DNA of 47,825 bases from Acidimicrobiales bacterium (GTDB lineage: Bacteria; Actinomycetota; Acidimicrobiia; Acidimicrobiales; VFJN01): assembly GCA_036280455.1 (NCBI GenBank), contig DASUQS010000192.1, positions 1 through 47,825 of the forward strand. Direction: 5' to 3'. Below the pieces are notes generated by a model. It was given only the letters and a program-made list of their open reading frames with translations. It searched no databases and was not told the origin of the DNA. The position numbers and the translations under genes are program-made. Of the stretch, positions 17,972-26,618 are shown one piece after another (position 1 is the stretch's first letter; the number at the start of each line of letters is the position of its first letter).

Positions 17972-20149
17972 ATGACCGGAGCCATCTGGTGCACGCTGGG
18001 ACCATCCTCGCTCAACGACCACGTCATCGGTCGGCTCGAGCAAGCGGGCGTGAGCCTCCTGCGGCTGAACCTGTCGCACACGAGCCTCGAGGAGCTGCCC
18101 AGGACCTTGGACTACGTCCAGGAGCGGACGCGGCTACCGATCTGCCTCGACACCGAAGGGGCCCAGATCCGCACCGCGTCCGGGCGCGAGCCGACCGTGG
18201 ACGAGAACCGATCGGTCCGGGTCGCGCGCCGCGAGGGCGGGGACGGCGAGCTCATGCTGTATCCCGAGGGTGTGGTCGACCAGCTGGTCGTCGGCGATCT
18301 GATCAGAATCGACTCGGACGTCCTGGCCCAGGTGATCTCGGTCGATCGCGACGGCGCGGTGCTGGGGATCCACAACGGCGGAGCGATCGGTTCGAGCAAG
18401 GCGGTGACGGTCCTCGAGCGTGACATCGAGCTTCCTCCCCTCACCGACAAGGATCAGCGTGCGATCGTCATCGGGAACGAGATGGGCGTCAGGCACGTGG
18501 CGCTGTCGTTCGCGAACACGGCGTCCGACGTCGATCAGATACGGGCGGTCGCCGCCCCCGGGGCCACGGTCATCTCGAAGATCGAGTGCCTGAACGGGCT
18601 GTTCAACCTCCCGGAGATCGTGGATCGCTCCGACGCCATCCTCATCGATCGTGGCGACCTCTCGCGGCAGGTCAACATCGAGAAGCTGCCGTACATCCAG
18701 AAGGACATCATCCGGCGCTCGAAGCAGTTGGGCGTGCCGGTCTACGTCGCCACGAACCTGATGGAGTCGATGGTGACGTCGCCGCATCCCACGCGCGCCG
18801 AGGTCAACGACGTGTACAACACGCTCATCGACGGGGCGGACGGCCTGGTGCTGGCCGCCGAGACGGCGATCGGTCGGTTCCCCGTGGCGTCCGCCGGCAT
18901 GGTCCGCCAGATCGCCGAGGAGTTCGAGCGGAACTGGGACCGCAACGAGGGCAACTACTCGCCGGCGCCGATCTCGATGCTCGTCGAGCCTCACGGCGGC
19001 TGCCTCGTCAACCGAGAGGCCTTCGCGGCCAACCGGCACGAGCTCCTCAGCCTCAAGCGGCTCGTCGTGAAGCCGACCGACCTGATGGACTGCGCCCAGA
19101 TCGCCAACGGCACCTACTCGCCGCTGCGCGGCTTCATGAACAAGGCGACGCTCGACAGCGTTCTGCGCACCAACCGCCTCCCCAACGGCCTCCCGTGGAC
19201 GATGCCCCTCGTCCTGCAGGTCGACGAGGACTCGGTGCACGACATCGCCGTGGGAGACCGCATCGCGCTGAGCAGCGCCGCGGGCAAGATCCACGCCACG
19301 CTCGACGTGAGCGAGATCAGCTCGTTCGACCTGCGCGAGGTGGCGGAGGCATGGTTCGGCACCGCCTCGCTGGACCATCCGGGCGTGGCCCGGCTGGCCG
19401 CGGGTGGGACCCGGTTCGTCGCCGGGGAGATCACGCTCGTCGAGCGCCTGGCCTCGGGACACGAGCGTTACGAGCTCAGCCCCACCCGCACGCGGCTGAT
19501 CTTCAGCCAGAAGAGCTGGAGCAGGGTCGTCGGCTTCCACAGCCGCAACGTGCCGCACCGGGTCCACGAGTTCATCCAGCGGCGCGCCCTCGAGATGGTG
19601 CACGCGGACGGGCTGTACATCAGCCCGGTGATCGGTCCGAAGAAGCCCGGCGACTTCCTGTCGGGCCCGGTCCTGCGGTGCTACCAGCGGATGGTCGAGT
19701 CAGGCGTCTACCCACCGGGCGCGGTCGTGCTCGGCGCGTTCTCCACCTACCCGCGCTACTGCGGGCCGCGGGAAGCTGTCTTCACCGCCATCTGTCGCAA
19801 GAACATGGGGTGCGACCACTTCATCGTGGGCCGGGACCACACCGGGCTCAAAGACTGGTACGACGATCGTCAGACCCGCGAGTTGTTCGAGAGCCTCGGC
19901 GACCTCGGGGTCACGCCCATCTTCTTCGAGCCGCACGGGTTCAACCTCGAGACGAACGAGTACGACGTGATGGGCGGGCCACAGACGGTCGCCATCAGCG
20001 GCACGGAGGTGAGGGCGGCGCTGGTGAACGGCGCCCCTCTGCCGGACTGGTGCATGCGGGATGCCGTGCAGGAGGAGCTCCGAGAGCTGATGGCCGCCGA
20101 GGGCACGGTGTTCTGGGCACCGCAGGAACGACCGGCGGCGGTCCGCTGA
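17972..20149 (+). CDS. Fusion protein: pyruvate kinase-like A/B-domain module (no C-domain) plus PUA-like/ATP sulfurylase (sulfate adenylyltransferase) module
   Basis: 725 aa from ATG 17972 (MTGAIWCTLGPSS, matching a PK N-terminus). PK motifs: LLRLNLSH, VISKIE, LIDRGDLS, VATNLMESM, PTRAEVNDVYNTLIDGADGLVLAAETAIGRFP. ATP sulfurylase motifs: LVEPHGGCLVNR, NGTYSPLRGFM, GFHSRNVPHRVHE, YCGPREAVFTAICRKNMGCDHFIVGRDHTG. Confidence 0.88.
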   Translation: MTGAIWCTLGPSSLNDHVIGRLEQAGVSLLRLNLSHTSLEELPRTLDYVQERTRLPICLDTEGAQIRTASGREPTVDENRSVRVARREGGDGELMLYPEGVVDQLVVGDLIRIDSDVLAQVISVDRDGAVLGIHNGGAIGSSKAVTVLERDIELPPLTDKDQRAIVIGNEMGVRHVALSFANTASDVDQIRAVAAPGATVISKIECLNGLFNLPEIVDRSDAILIDRGDLSRQVNIEKLPYIQKDIIRRSKQLGVPVYVATNLMESMVTSPHPTRAEVNDVYNTLIDGADGLVLAAETAIGRFPVASAGMVRQIAEEFERNWDRNEGNYSPAPISMLVEPHGGCLVNREAFAANRHELLSLKRLVVKPTDLMDCAQIANGTYSPLRGFMNKATLDSVLRTNRLPNGLPWTMPLVLQVDEDSVHDIAVGDRIALSSAAGKIHATLDVSEISSFDLREVAEAWFGTASLDHPGVARLAAGGTRFVAGEITLVERLASGHERYELSPTRTRLIFSQKSWSRVVGFHSRNVPHRVHEFIQRRALEMVHADGLYISPVIGPKKPGDFLSGPVLRCYQRMVESGVYPPGAVVLGAFSTYPRYCGPREAVFTAICRKNMGCDHFIVGRDHTGLKDWYDDRQTRELFESLGDLGVTPIFFEPHGFNLETNEYDVMGGPQTVAISGTEVRAALVNGAPLPDWCMRDAVQEELRELMAAEGTVFWAPQERPAAVR

Positions 20150-20215
20150 GGCCGGCACGAGACGGACGGGCGCGTGAGACGGAGGGGCGGGGTGAGAGCC
20201 GACGACACCGGAACC

Positions 20216-21085
20216 ATGGAGCAGAGGCTCCCCACCTTCCTGCTCATCGGAGCGATGAAGGCCGGGACGACGAGCCTGTACCACTACCTGGCGGCACATC
20301 CGCAGGTGGCGACGCCGCGCTACAAGGCGCCCGAGTTCTTCGTGGCCGAGGCCAACTGGCACCGCGGGGTCGACTGGTACCGCAAGCAGTTCCCGCGGAC
20401 CGGGCCCGGGATCCTGGCCGTCGGTGAGGCCTCGAACGCCTACACGAAGCACCCCCGCTACGGAGGTGTGCCCAAGCGCATCGCGTCGGTGCTGCCCGAC
20501 GTGCGCCTGATCTACGTCGTGCGAGACCCCGTCGCCCGCATGCGGTCGCACTACCAGACGAGGGTGGCCGAAGGCAGCGAGACCACCCCGTTCGCCGAGG
20601 CGGTCTTCGCCAACCACATCTACCTGGACTACAGCCGCTACTCGCTGCAGATCGAGCAGTACCTCGACCACTTCCCGCGGGAGCAGCTGCTCGTGATCAC
20701 GGCCGAGGATCTCCGCGGGTCTCGCGACGCCACGATGCACTCCGTCTACGAGTTCGTCGGGGTCGATCCGGCCGCGGTGCCGAACAACCTCGACCGCGAG
20801 TTCTACAAGACCAAGGACCGGGCGGCCCGCTCCCCGCTGCCGCTGTGGGTGCGCAAGGGGCTGAAGCGGAGGTTCCCGGCGACACGGCGGTTCAAGGAGC
20901 TCGAGCCCGACCTGATCGGAGCGTTCCGGCGCCTCGCGCGGCGAGGGGGCCAGGGACCGCTGCCGGCCGAGCGGTTCGCGGTACCGGACGATGTACGACT
21001 GCGGTTGACAGCTGAGCTGGAGGACGACGTCCGCCGGCTGCGGGGCTACGTCGGCCCCGATTTCGACGGATGGGGCATCGCCTGA
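20216..21085 (+). CDS. PAPS-dependent sulfotransferase family protein (cytoplasmic)
   Basis: 289 aa from ATG 20216 (MEQRLPTFLLIGAMKAGTTSLYHYL, the 5'-phosphosulfate-binding loop), plus the 3'-phosphate-binding motif YVVRDPVARMRSHY. There is no signal peptide or TM segment. Confidence 0.85.
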   Translation: MEQRLPTFLLIGAMKAGTTSLYHYLAAHPQVATPRYKAPEFFVAEANWHRGVDWYRKQFPRTGPGILAVGEASNAYTKHPRYGGVPKRIASVLPDVRLIYVVRDPVARMRSHYQTRVAEGSETTPFAEAVFANHIYLDYSRYSLQIEQYLDHFPREQLLVITAEDLRGSRDATMHSVYEFVGVDPAAVPNNLDREFYKTKDRAARSPLPLWVRKGLKRRFPATRRFKELEPDLIGAFRRLARRGGQGPLPAERFAVPDDVRLRLTAELEDDVRRLRGYVGPDFDGWGIA

Positions 21086-21112
21086 CGGCACCATCCACAC
21101 GAGGGAAACGAG

Positions 21113-22078
21113 GTGGGCAGCATGCGAGCACTGGTGACCGGTGGGGCAGGTTTCATCGGGAGCAGGCTGGCGGCGTGTCTGGCCGAGCAGGGTCACACCG
21201 TCGTCATCGCCGATGCCGTCACGCCGTACTACGACCCTGCCCAGAAGCGGGCGAACCTGGCTCCGCTGCTCGACCGACCCCGGGTCCGGGTCCTCGAGGT
21301 CGACCTCGCCTCGGCGGACCTCGATCCGCTGCTGGCGGGCGTCGACGTCGTGTTCCACCAGGCCGCGCAGCCCGGAGTCCGCCGCTCGTGGGACGACTTC
21401 GACAGCTACGCGCGGGCGAACATCACCGTCACGCAGCGCCTGCTCGATGCGGTGCTGCGCGGTGGCGGCGTCCAGCGAGTCGTGTACGCCTCGAGCTCGT
21501 CGATCTACGGGAACGGAGCCCAGGGAGGGAGCGCCGAGACCGACCGCCCCCAGCCCTTCAGCCCCTACGGCGTCACCAAGCTCGCCGCCGAGCACCTCTG
21601 CCGGGCCTACGCCGACAACTTCGGCCTGCCGACCGTCTCGCTGCGGTACTTCACCGTGTACGGACCCGGCCAGCGACCGGACATGGCCTTCCACCGGTTG
21701 ATCGAGGCGGCGCTCGGCGGCACCCGGTTCCCCCTCTACGGCGACGGTCGACAGGTGCGCGACTTCACGTACGTCGGCGATGTGGTTGCCGCCAACCTGG
21801 CCGCGGTCGCCGCGGAGCCGCCGCCGGGCACGGTTGCCAACGTGGCCGGCGGATGCGTCGCGACGATGCGCGAGGTCATCGAGCTCGTCGCTGACCTCAC
21901 CGGCCACCCGGTCCGCATCGACGCGCGGCCGGCCCAGGCGGGCGACGTCCGCGCCACCGGCGCCCAGACGCACGTCGCATCCCAGGTGCTGGGCTGGAAG
22001 CCGAAGACCGACCTCCGAACCGGCGTGGCGCAGCAGGTGGCGTGGCACGCCGAGCGGGCCGCGGTCAGCTACGCATGA
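21113..22078 (+). CDS. NAD-dependent nucleotide-sugar epimerase/dehydratase (SDR family, UDP-hexose or UDP-hexuronate 4-epimerase-like)
   Basis: Rossmann motif ALVTGGAGFIGSRL, ASSSSIYG and catalytic YGVTKLAAE (YxxxK). The start is GTG 21113 or ATG 21122. Confidence 0.88.
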   Translation: MGSMRALVTGGAGFIGSRLAACLAEQGHTVVIADAVTPYYDPAQKRANLAPLLDRPRVRVLEVDLASADLDPLLAGVDVVFHQAAQPGVRRSWDDFDSYARANITVTQRLLDAVLRGGGVQRVVYASSSSIYGNGAQGGSAETDRPQPFSPYGVTKLAAEHLCRAYADNFGLPTVSLRYFTVYGPGQRPDMAFHRLIEAALGGTRFPLYGDGRQVRDFTYVGDVVAANLAAVAAEPPPGTVANVAGGCVATMREVIELVADLTGHPVRIDARPAQAGDVRATGAQTHVASQVLGWKPKTDLRTGVAQQVAWHAERAAVSYA

Positions 22079-22141
22079 CGTGCCGGGCGTGACGCGCTGG
22101 CGCGCGCGGTGCCGTGCCCGTGCCCCGTGCGCAGCGTGCGC

Positions 22142-23530
22142 TCAGTGCCGGGCGACCTGGTCGTCCACCGGGTCCGGACCTGCGGTGGGGGCCAGCTGAG
22201 CCGGGGCGCGGGCCGGCTGAAGCGTCGCCTTCCGGGTCTCCACCGGTCCCTCGGAGGCCAGCAGCGGCCAACCCCGCCGCAGGACGACGTCGAGCCATGT
22301 GCCGCAGACCTGTGAGGTCAGGACGGCGGTCACCACCAGGGTCGTGAAGAAGGGTGCGCTGATGATCTCGGCGTCGAACGCCACGCTGGCCAGCACGATG
22401 CCCGGCCCGCCCCGCGCGTTGCAGGTCACCGCCAGGTTGACGATGTCGAGGCGACGGAATCCGGCCAACCAGGCCGCCAGTCCGATCGAGAGCAGCACGA
22501 CGGCCGAGGAGCCCACGAGGAACGCGAGCAGCATGAGCGGCGCGAAGCCCTTGGTGAAGTCCAGCTGGTAGCCCACCAGCGCGAAGTAGATCGGGATGAA
22601 GACGGCCCCGGACACGTGGTTGATGGCGTCGATCGGGGCCCGGAACAGGTCGTGATCGGTCCCCCGGACGCCGCCGACCAGCCCGAACCCGGCGAGGAAG
22701 GCGGCGAACGCCAGGGTCACGTCGAGCGCCGCGGCCACGCTGACGTAGCCGAAGATGACCACGACGATCCACGCGACCGGGGCCTCGGCGGCGAGGACGT
22801 TCCAGCGGGCCCGGCTCGCCCGGCTCAGCAGTCGAGGCAGAACCGTCATGGCCAGCAGGACGTACACGACGTTGGCCACCACGTGGGCCGACACGGTCCC
22901 GGCGAGGGCCCCGCCTCCGGCGGCCACCGTGGCCGAGGCAAGCGCAGTCGCGAGCGCGAGGACGCCCCACAGCACGATGTCCTCCAGGACCGCTGCCCCG
23001 AGTATCAAGCTGGCGAAGCGGGTGTGCAGGATCCCCAGGTCGTAGAAGATCTTCGTGATCACCGGGATCGAGGTGACCGAGGCTGCGATGGCGAGCACGA
23101 GCGCGACGGCGGGCCGGCTGCCTGCGTCGCCCACCAACCGGTCCAGGGGCAGCACGAGCGTGGCGAGCAGCGTCACGAAGAACGACAGCGGCGTACCGAG
23201 GCCCAGGATCCAGGCGGTCGGCTTGCGGTTCTCCTTGCCCAGCACGTTCCGCACGCTGGACCCGGACACGAACATGAGCAGCAGCAGCCCGAGGTGGTAC
23301 AGGAAGCCCAGCACGACGGTGGGGGGATCGCTCCTGCCGTTCCCGAAGATGTGCGAGGCCGTGTCCGGTGCCAGCCACCCGAGGAGCGACGGGCCGAGCA
23401 GGATGCCGGCCAGGATCTCGCCGACGACCTTGGGCTGCCGCAGCCGCACGGCCGCCTGGCCGAGCACCGTGGCGCCGGCCACGAGCAGCAGCAACGCCAG
23501 TGTGAGCGATCCGAGGTTGTCGGTGGACAT
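22142..23530 (-). CDS. Cation:proton antiporter (CPA2 / Na+-H+ exchanger family)
   Basis: 462 aa with ~12 TM segments. The N-terminus AAVRLRQPKVVGEILAGILLGPSLLG is typical of Kef/NapA-type CPA2 exchangers. Confidence 0.88.
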   Translation of the reverse strand: MSTDNLGSLTLALLLLVAGATVLGQAAVRLRQPKVVGEILAGILLGPSLLGWLAPDTASHIFGNGRSDPPTVVLGFLYHLGLLLLMFVSGSSVRNVLGKENRKPTAWILGLGTPLSFFVTLLATLVLPLDRLVGDAGSRPAVALVLAIAASVTSIPVITKIFYDLGILHTRFASLILGAAVLEDIVLWGVLALATALASATVAAGGGALAGTVSAHVVANVVYVLLAMTVLPRLLSRASRARWNVLAAEAPVAWIVVVIFGYVSVAAALDVTLAFAAFLAGFGLVGGVRGTDHDLFRAPIDAINHVSGAVFIPIYFALVGYQLDFTKGFAPLMLLAFLVGSSAVVLLSIGLAAWLAGFRRLDIVNLAVTCNARGGPGIVLASVAFDAEIISAPFFTTLVVTAVLTSQVCGTWLDVVLRRGWPLLASEGPVETRKATLQPARAPAQLAPTAGPDPVDDQVARH

Positions 23531-23613
23531 GTCTCACCTCGTCGGGCTGGTAGCTGATCCGCTCCGGTAGGTACGGCAGCGATCGACGGCGACGCCGGCG
23601 GCGTGATCGAGGC

Positions 23614-25119
23614 TCACAGGCACCGCCACACCGCGCGTTTCACCGCCTCGAGCACCTCCTCGTAGGGCCGGCCGGCGTCGATCTCGACGGTGCCGTACCG
23701 GGCGTCCGGGAAGGCGAGCTGGGAGACCAGCGCCCGGCGGCGCGCCAGGTCGTCGGGATCGTGGTCGGGCCGGCGGCGCTCGGCCGTTCCCTGGTCGACG
23801 CGCAGGCGGACGACCAGATCCGGCGGGAACCGCTCGGCCAGCTCGTAGGGGCGTGCCTCCCACCGGGCGAGGCGAGTGTGCACGCGGCCGCCCGACCACG
23901 CGTGCAGCAGCGGGCCGTCGTTGATCCCGGGGCGCTGGGCCTGGGGGTACCGGTCGCAGATCACGAGCAGGCCCCGGTTGCGTCCGTCGAACGCACGCTG
24001 CAGCCGTTGCCGCTTCTCGCGGGCGAGGGCGAAGGCCCAGAGCGCCTTGGCCCATCCGGGGCGGACGTCGCGAGCGCGGCCGTCGGCGGCCGGCCGCCGG
24101 GGAGCCTCGCCGCGAACCACGTCCCGCAGCACCTTCATGGGCCACCGCAGGGCGGACGATGGCCCGTCCCCGCTGCCGAAGTACACGACCATGGTGTCGA
24201 ACTTGGTCGAGAACCACCGGCGCAGGTCGGCCACCACGGACGACTTGCCCGCGCCGTCGGGGCCGATCACGACCACGAGCAGCCCGCCTCCGGGGAGTCC
24301 GCGGCCGTACAGCTTGGGCCGGTCGAGGTACCGGCGGCTGACCCCCCGCTGGAACCACGCCCATTCGCGGCGCCACCGGCGCAGCGCGGCGCCCGGGCCC
24401 CGGTGGGCGGTCTGCAGCGCCAGCGAAGCCCGGACGAGGCGACGCAGCCGCACGAGGCGACGGGCGTCGATGCCGCCGGCCAGCATGTCGGCCACCGCCC
24501 GGGCGCACGGTCCGCCCAGCCAGATCTCGATCCGGGCGACGATCTCGGCGTCGGTGGTGCCGGCCCGCAGGGCGTCGAGCTCTGCCCGGAACCAGCGCGA
24601 GGGATCGCGCCCCAGCCGGGTGCCGACCAGATCGCGCGTGCGGATCTTGAGCGCCGCCCTGATCAGCAGCAGCGCCGCTTCCATGGCCGGGTCGGGGACC
24701 AGGACGCCGGCGTCGCTGCGCCTCGCCGAGGCCAGCACCGCTCGCTCCCACGGCAACCGGTAGCGCTTGAGGTGCCGCTCGCCGGTGACCAGCCGGTAGT
24801 GGGTGTGGAAGTGCACCAGCGCGCCGGTGGCGCGGTCGTGCCCCAGGAAGTCCTCGAGGCCCATCTCGGTCCGCGTCGGCGCCACGCGTCCGCGCCGGAG
24901 GCCGCACGCAGCGAACGTGCGGTGGACGTCGTCGAGCCGCTCCCCGTCCACCAGCAGGTCGACGTCGGTGTCGCCCGCGAGCGCGGCGTCGAGGTGGTCG
25001 TTGCTCTTCCAGTGGCAGTGGGCGATGCCCGCGGCCTCGAGCGCGGCCAGCACGTGACGGGCCAGCGTCGACGGCGTCGGCTCGGTCACACCGCCGCCCG
25101 GGCTGAGATCAGCGTTCAC
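23614..25119 (-). CDS. Two-domain protein: N-terminal uncharacterised nucleotidyltransferase-like domain plus C-terminal P-loop (thymidylate-kinase-like) kinase domain
   Basis: 501 aa from GTG (complement of 25117-25119, a GTGA overlap with the Wzx stop). N-terminal half: AGIAHCHWKSNDHLDAALAGDTDVDLLVD...HFHTHYRLV, a DxD-containing NTase-like pattern. C-terminal half: Walker A VVVIGPDGAGKSSVVADL and LLVICDRYP (a DRY-like motif as in dTMP kinases). The track ORF 23614..26670 is an in-frame read-through into the Wzx antisense frame. Confidence 0.7.
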   Translation of the reverse strand: MNADLSPGGGVTEPTPSTLARHVLAALEAAGIAHCHWKSNDHLDAALAGDTDVDLLVDGERLDDVHRTFAACGLRRGRVAPTRTEMGLEDFLGHDRATGALVHFHTHYRLVTGERHLKRYRLPWERAVLASARRSDAGVLVPDPAMEAALLLIRAALKIRTRDLVGTRLGRDPSRWFRAELDALRAGTTDAEIVARIEIWLGGPCARAVADMLAGGIDARRLVRLRRLVRASLALQTAHRGPGAALRRWRREWAWFQRGVSRRYLDRPKLYGRGLPGGGLLVVVIGPDGAGKSSVVADLRRWFSTKFDTMVVYFGSGDGPSSALRWPMKVLRDVVRGEAPRRPAADGRARDVRPGWAKALWAFALAREKRQRLQRAFDGRNRGLLVICDRYPQAQRPGINDGPLLHAWSGGRVHTRLARWEARPYELAERFPPDLVVRLRVDQGTAERRRPDHDPDDLARRRALVSQLAFPDARYGTVEIDAGRPYEEVLEAVKRAVWRCL

Positions 25120-26618
25120 GATTGCACCTCCATCGCCGCGGGCAGGTCGTCCGGTGGCGCCTTCGAACGAAGGCGGGCGTAGAGCCAGGCGACGTCCGGG
25201 CCCAGCACGCTGCTGTGCCGGGCCCGCACGACGGCGAGCAGCCCGAGCGCGGTCGCCACGGCGATCCCGAGGGTGACGACCGCGGACACGCCGGCGCGGT
25301 CGGTGAGCACTGCGACCGGGACGATCGTCGCGGCGAGCGCGGCCGCCAGCGCGGCGCCGCGCGCGTGGGCGGCGACGAAGGCCGACCAGCTGAGGCCGGT
25401 CGCCTCGAGCACCAGCTGGGCCATCAGGCAGAAGTTGGCGATGACCGCGAAGGCCACCCCGGCGGCCACGCCGGAGGGCCCCCACCGTTGGCCGACGAGT
25501 GCGCCGGCGACCACGAGCACCGCGTACACGAACTGGCGGGCCGCCCGCTCGTAGACGAGTCCCAACGCCCGCGACAGGGTGTCGCTCAGCTTGTAGCTGG
25601 TGCGGGCGAGCAGGCTCATCGACAGGAGGCGCAGCGGGGTCACGACGCCGTCCCAGCCGTCGCCCAACGCCACGCTCACGATCTCGGGCGCCAGCACGAA
25701 GACGAAGGTGCTGAGCGGCAGCATCACGACGGCGACCAGCGACACCGCCCTCCGGTACTGGTTGGCGAGCCGCACGCGTTCGTGCTGCAGCTCCGCCTGC
25801 ATGGGGAACAGGACCCGGTCGATGACCTGGCCCACCAGCATGGCCGGGGCTCCCAGGAGCTGGTAGGCGCGCCCGTAGATGCCGAGCGCGGCAGGGGACA
25901 GCGTGGCGCCCACCACCGCGTAGTCGCCTTGCAGGGCGACGTAGTTGAAGAACCGCCCGAGGGTGAACCCGCCGCCGTAGTGCAGCAACTCCCGGGCGCA
26001 GTCGCGGTCGAGGGTCGGTCGCAACGACACCGGTCGCGACACGAACAGCAGCGCGGTGTACAGCGCGAGCTGGCCGAGGTGGGCACCCACCAGAGCCCAC
26101 ACCCCCGCACCAGCGAAGCCCAGGGCCACTCCGAACCCGGCGTAGCCCAGCACGAACGAGCACGCGTTGGCGTTGGCGAGACGGCGGAAGCGAAGCTCGC
26201 GTTGGAGCAGGGATTCCGACACGACACCGACGGCCTGCACGATGAAGCTGATCTGCAGCACGCGCAGGACCGGCACGAACTCCTCCGCGTCGAAGACGGA
26301 CGCCAGCGCCGGCGCCGACGCGAACGCGAGCGCGGAGGTGACCAGACCGCAGACGATGGCGATGGTGCCGCCGGTCCGCACCAGGCGGTCGGAGATCGTG
26401 GGCCGCTGCACGAGCGCCGGCCCGACGAGCGACTCGGTGAGCAGCCGGCCGAGACCGATCATGACCAGCGCGGCCTGAACGACGCCGAAGTCCGCCGGGG
26501 TCAGCTCGCGGGCGAGGACGACCAGCAGGAGGAGCTGGCCGATCGCCTGAGCGGTGTAACCGGCTCCGGTCCAGGCGAACCCGCGGGCGGCGACATGGGT
26601 GCGGTTCCGGCCCGTCAC
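25116..26618 (-). CDS. wzx: Polysaccharide flippase (Wzx; MOP/PST superfamily)
   Basis: 500 aa with ~12-14 TM helices. The N-terminal region (FAWTGAGYTAQAIGQLLLLVVLARELTPADFGVV) and the overall layout are typical of lipopolysaccharide/EPS 'polysaccharide biosynthesis protein' flippases. It sits in an operon with Wzy, a GT and a priming transferase. Confidence 0.85.
   Translation of the reverse strand: MTGRNRTHVAARGFAWTGAGYTAQAIGQLLLLVVLARELTPADFGVVQAALVMIGLGRLLTESLVGPALVQRPTISDRLVRTGGTIAIVCGLVTSALAFASAPALASVFDAEEFVPVLRVLQISFIVQAVGVVSESLLQRELRFRRLANANACSFVLGYAGFGVALGFAGAGVWALVGAHLGQLALYTALLFVSRPVSLRPTLDRDCARELLHYGGGFTLGRFFNYVALQGDYAVVGATLSPAALGIYGRAYQLLGAPAMLVGQVIDRVLFPMQAELQHERVRLANQYRRAVSLVAVVMLPLSTFVFVLAPEIVSVALGDGWDGVVTPLRLLSMSLLARTSYKLSDTLSRALGLVYERAARQFVYAVLVVAGALVGQRWGPSGVAAGVAFAVIANFCLMAQLVLEATGLSWSAFVAAHARGAALAAALAATIVPVAVLTDRAGVSAVVTLGIAVATALGLLAVVRARHSSVLGPDVAWLYARLRSKAPPDDLPAAMEVQS

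Noticed and set aside
19700-22048. 782-aa minus-strand ORF spanning the sulfurylase, sulfotransferase and epimerase genes
   Set aside because: It is antisense to three genes with clear family motifs. Its composition (R/G/P/A/V/D) and lack of motifs indicate a GC-driven open frame.
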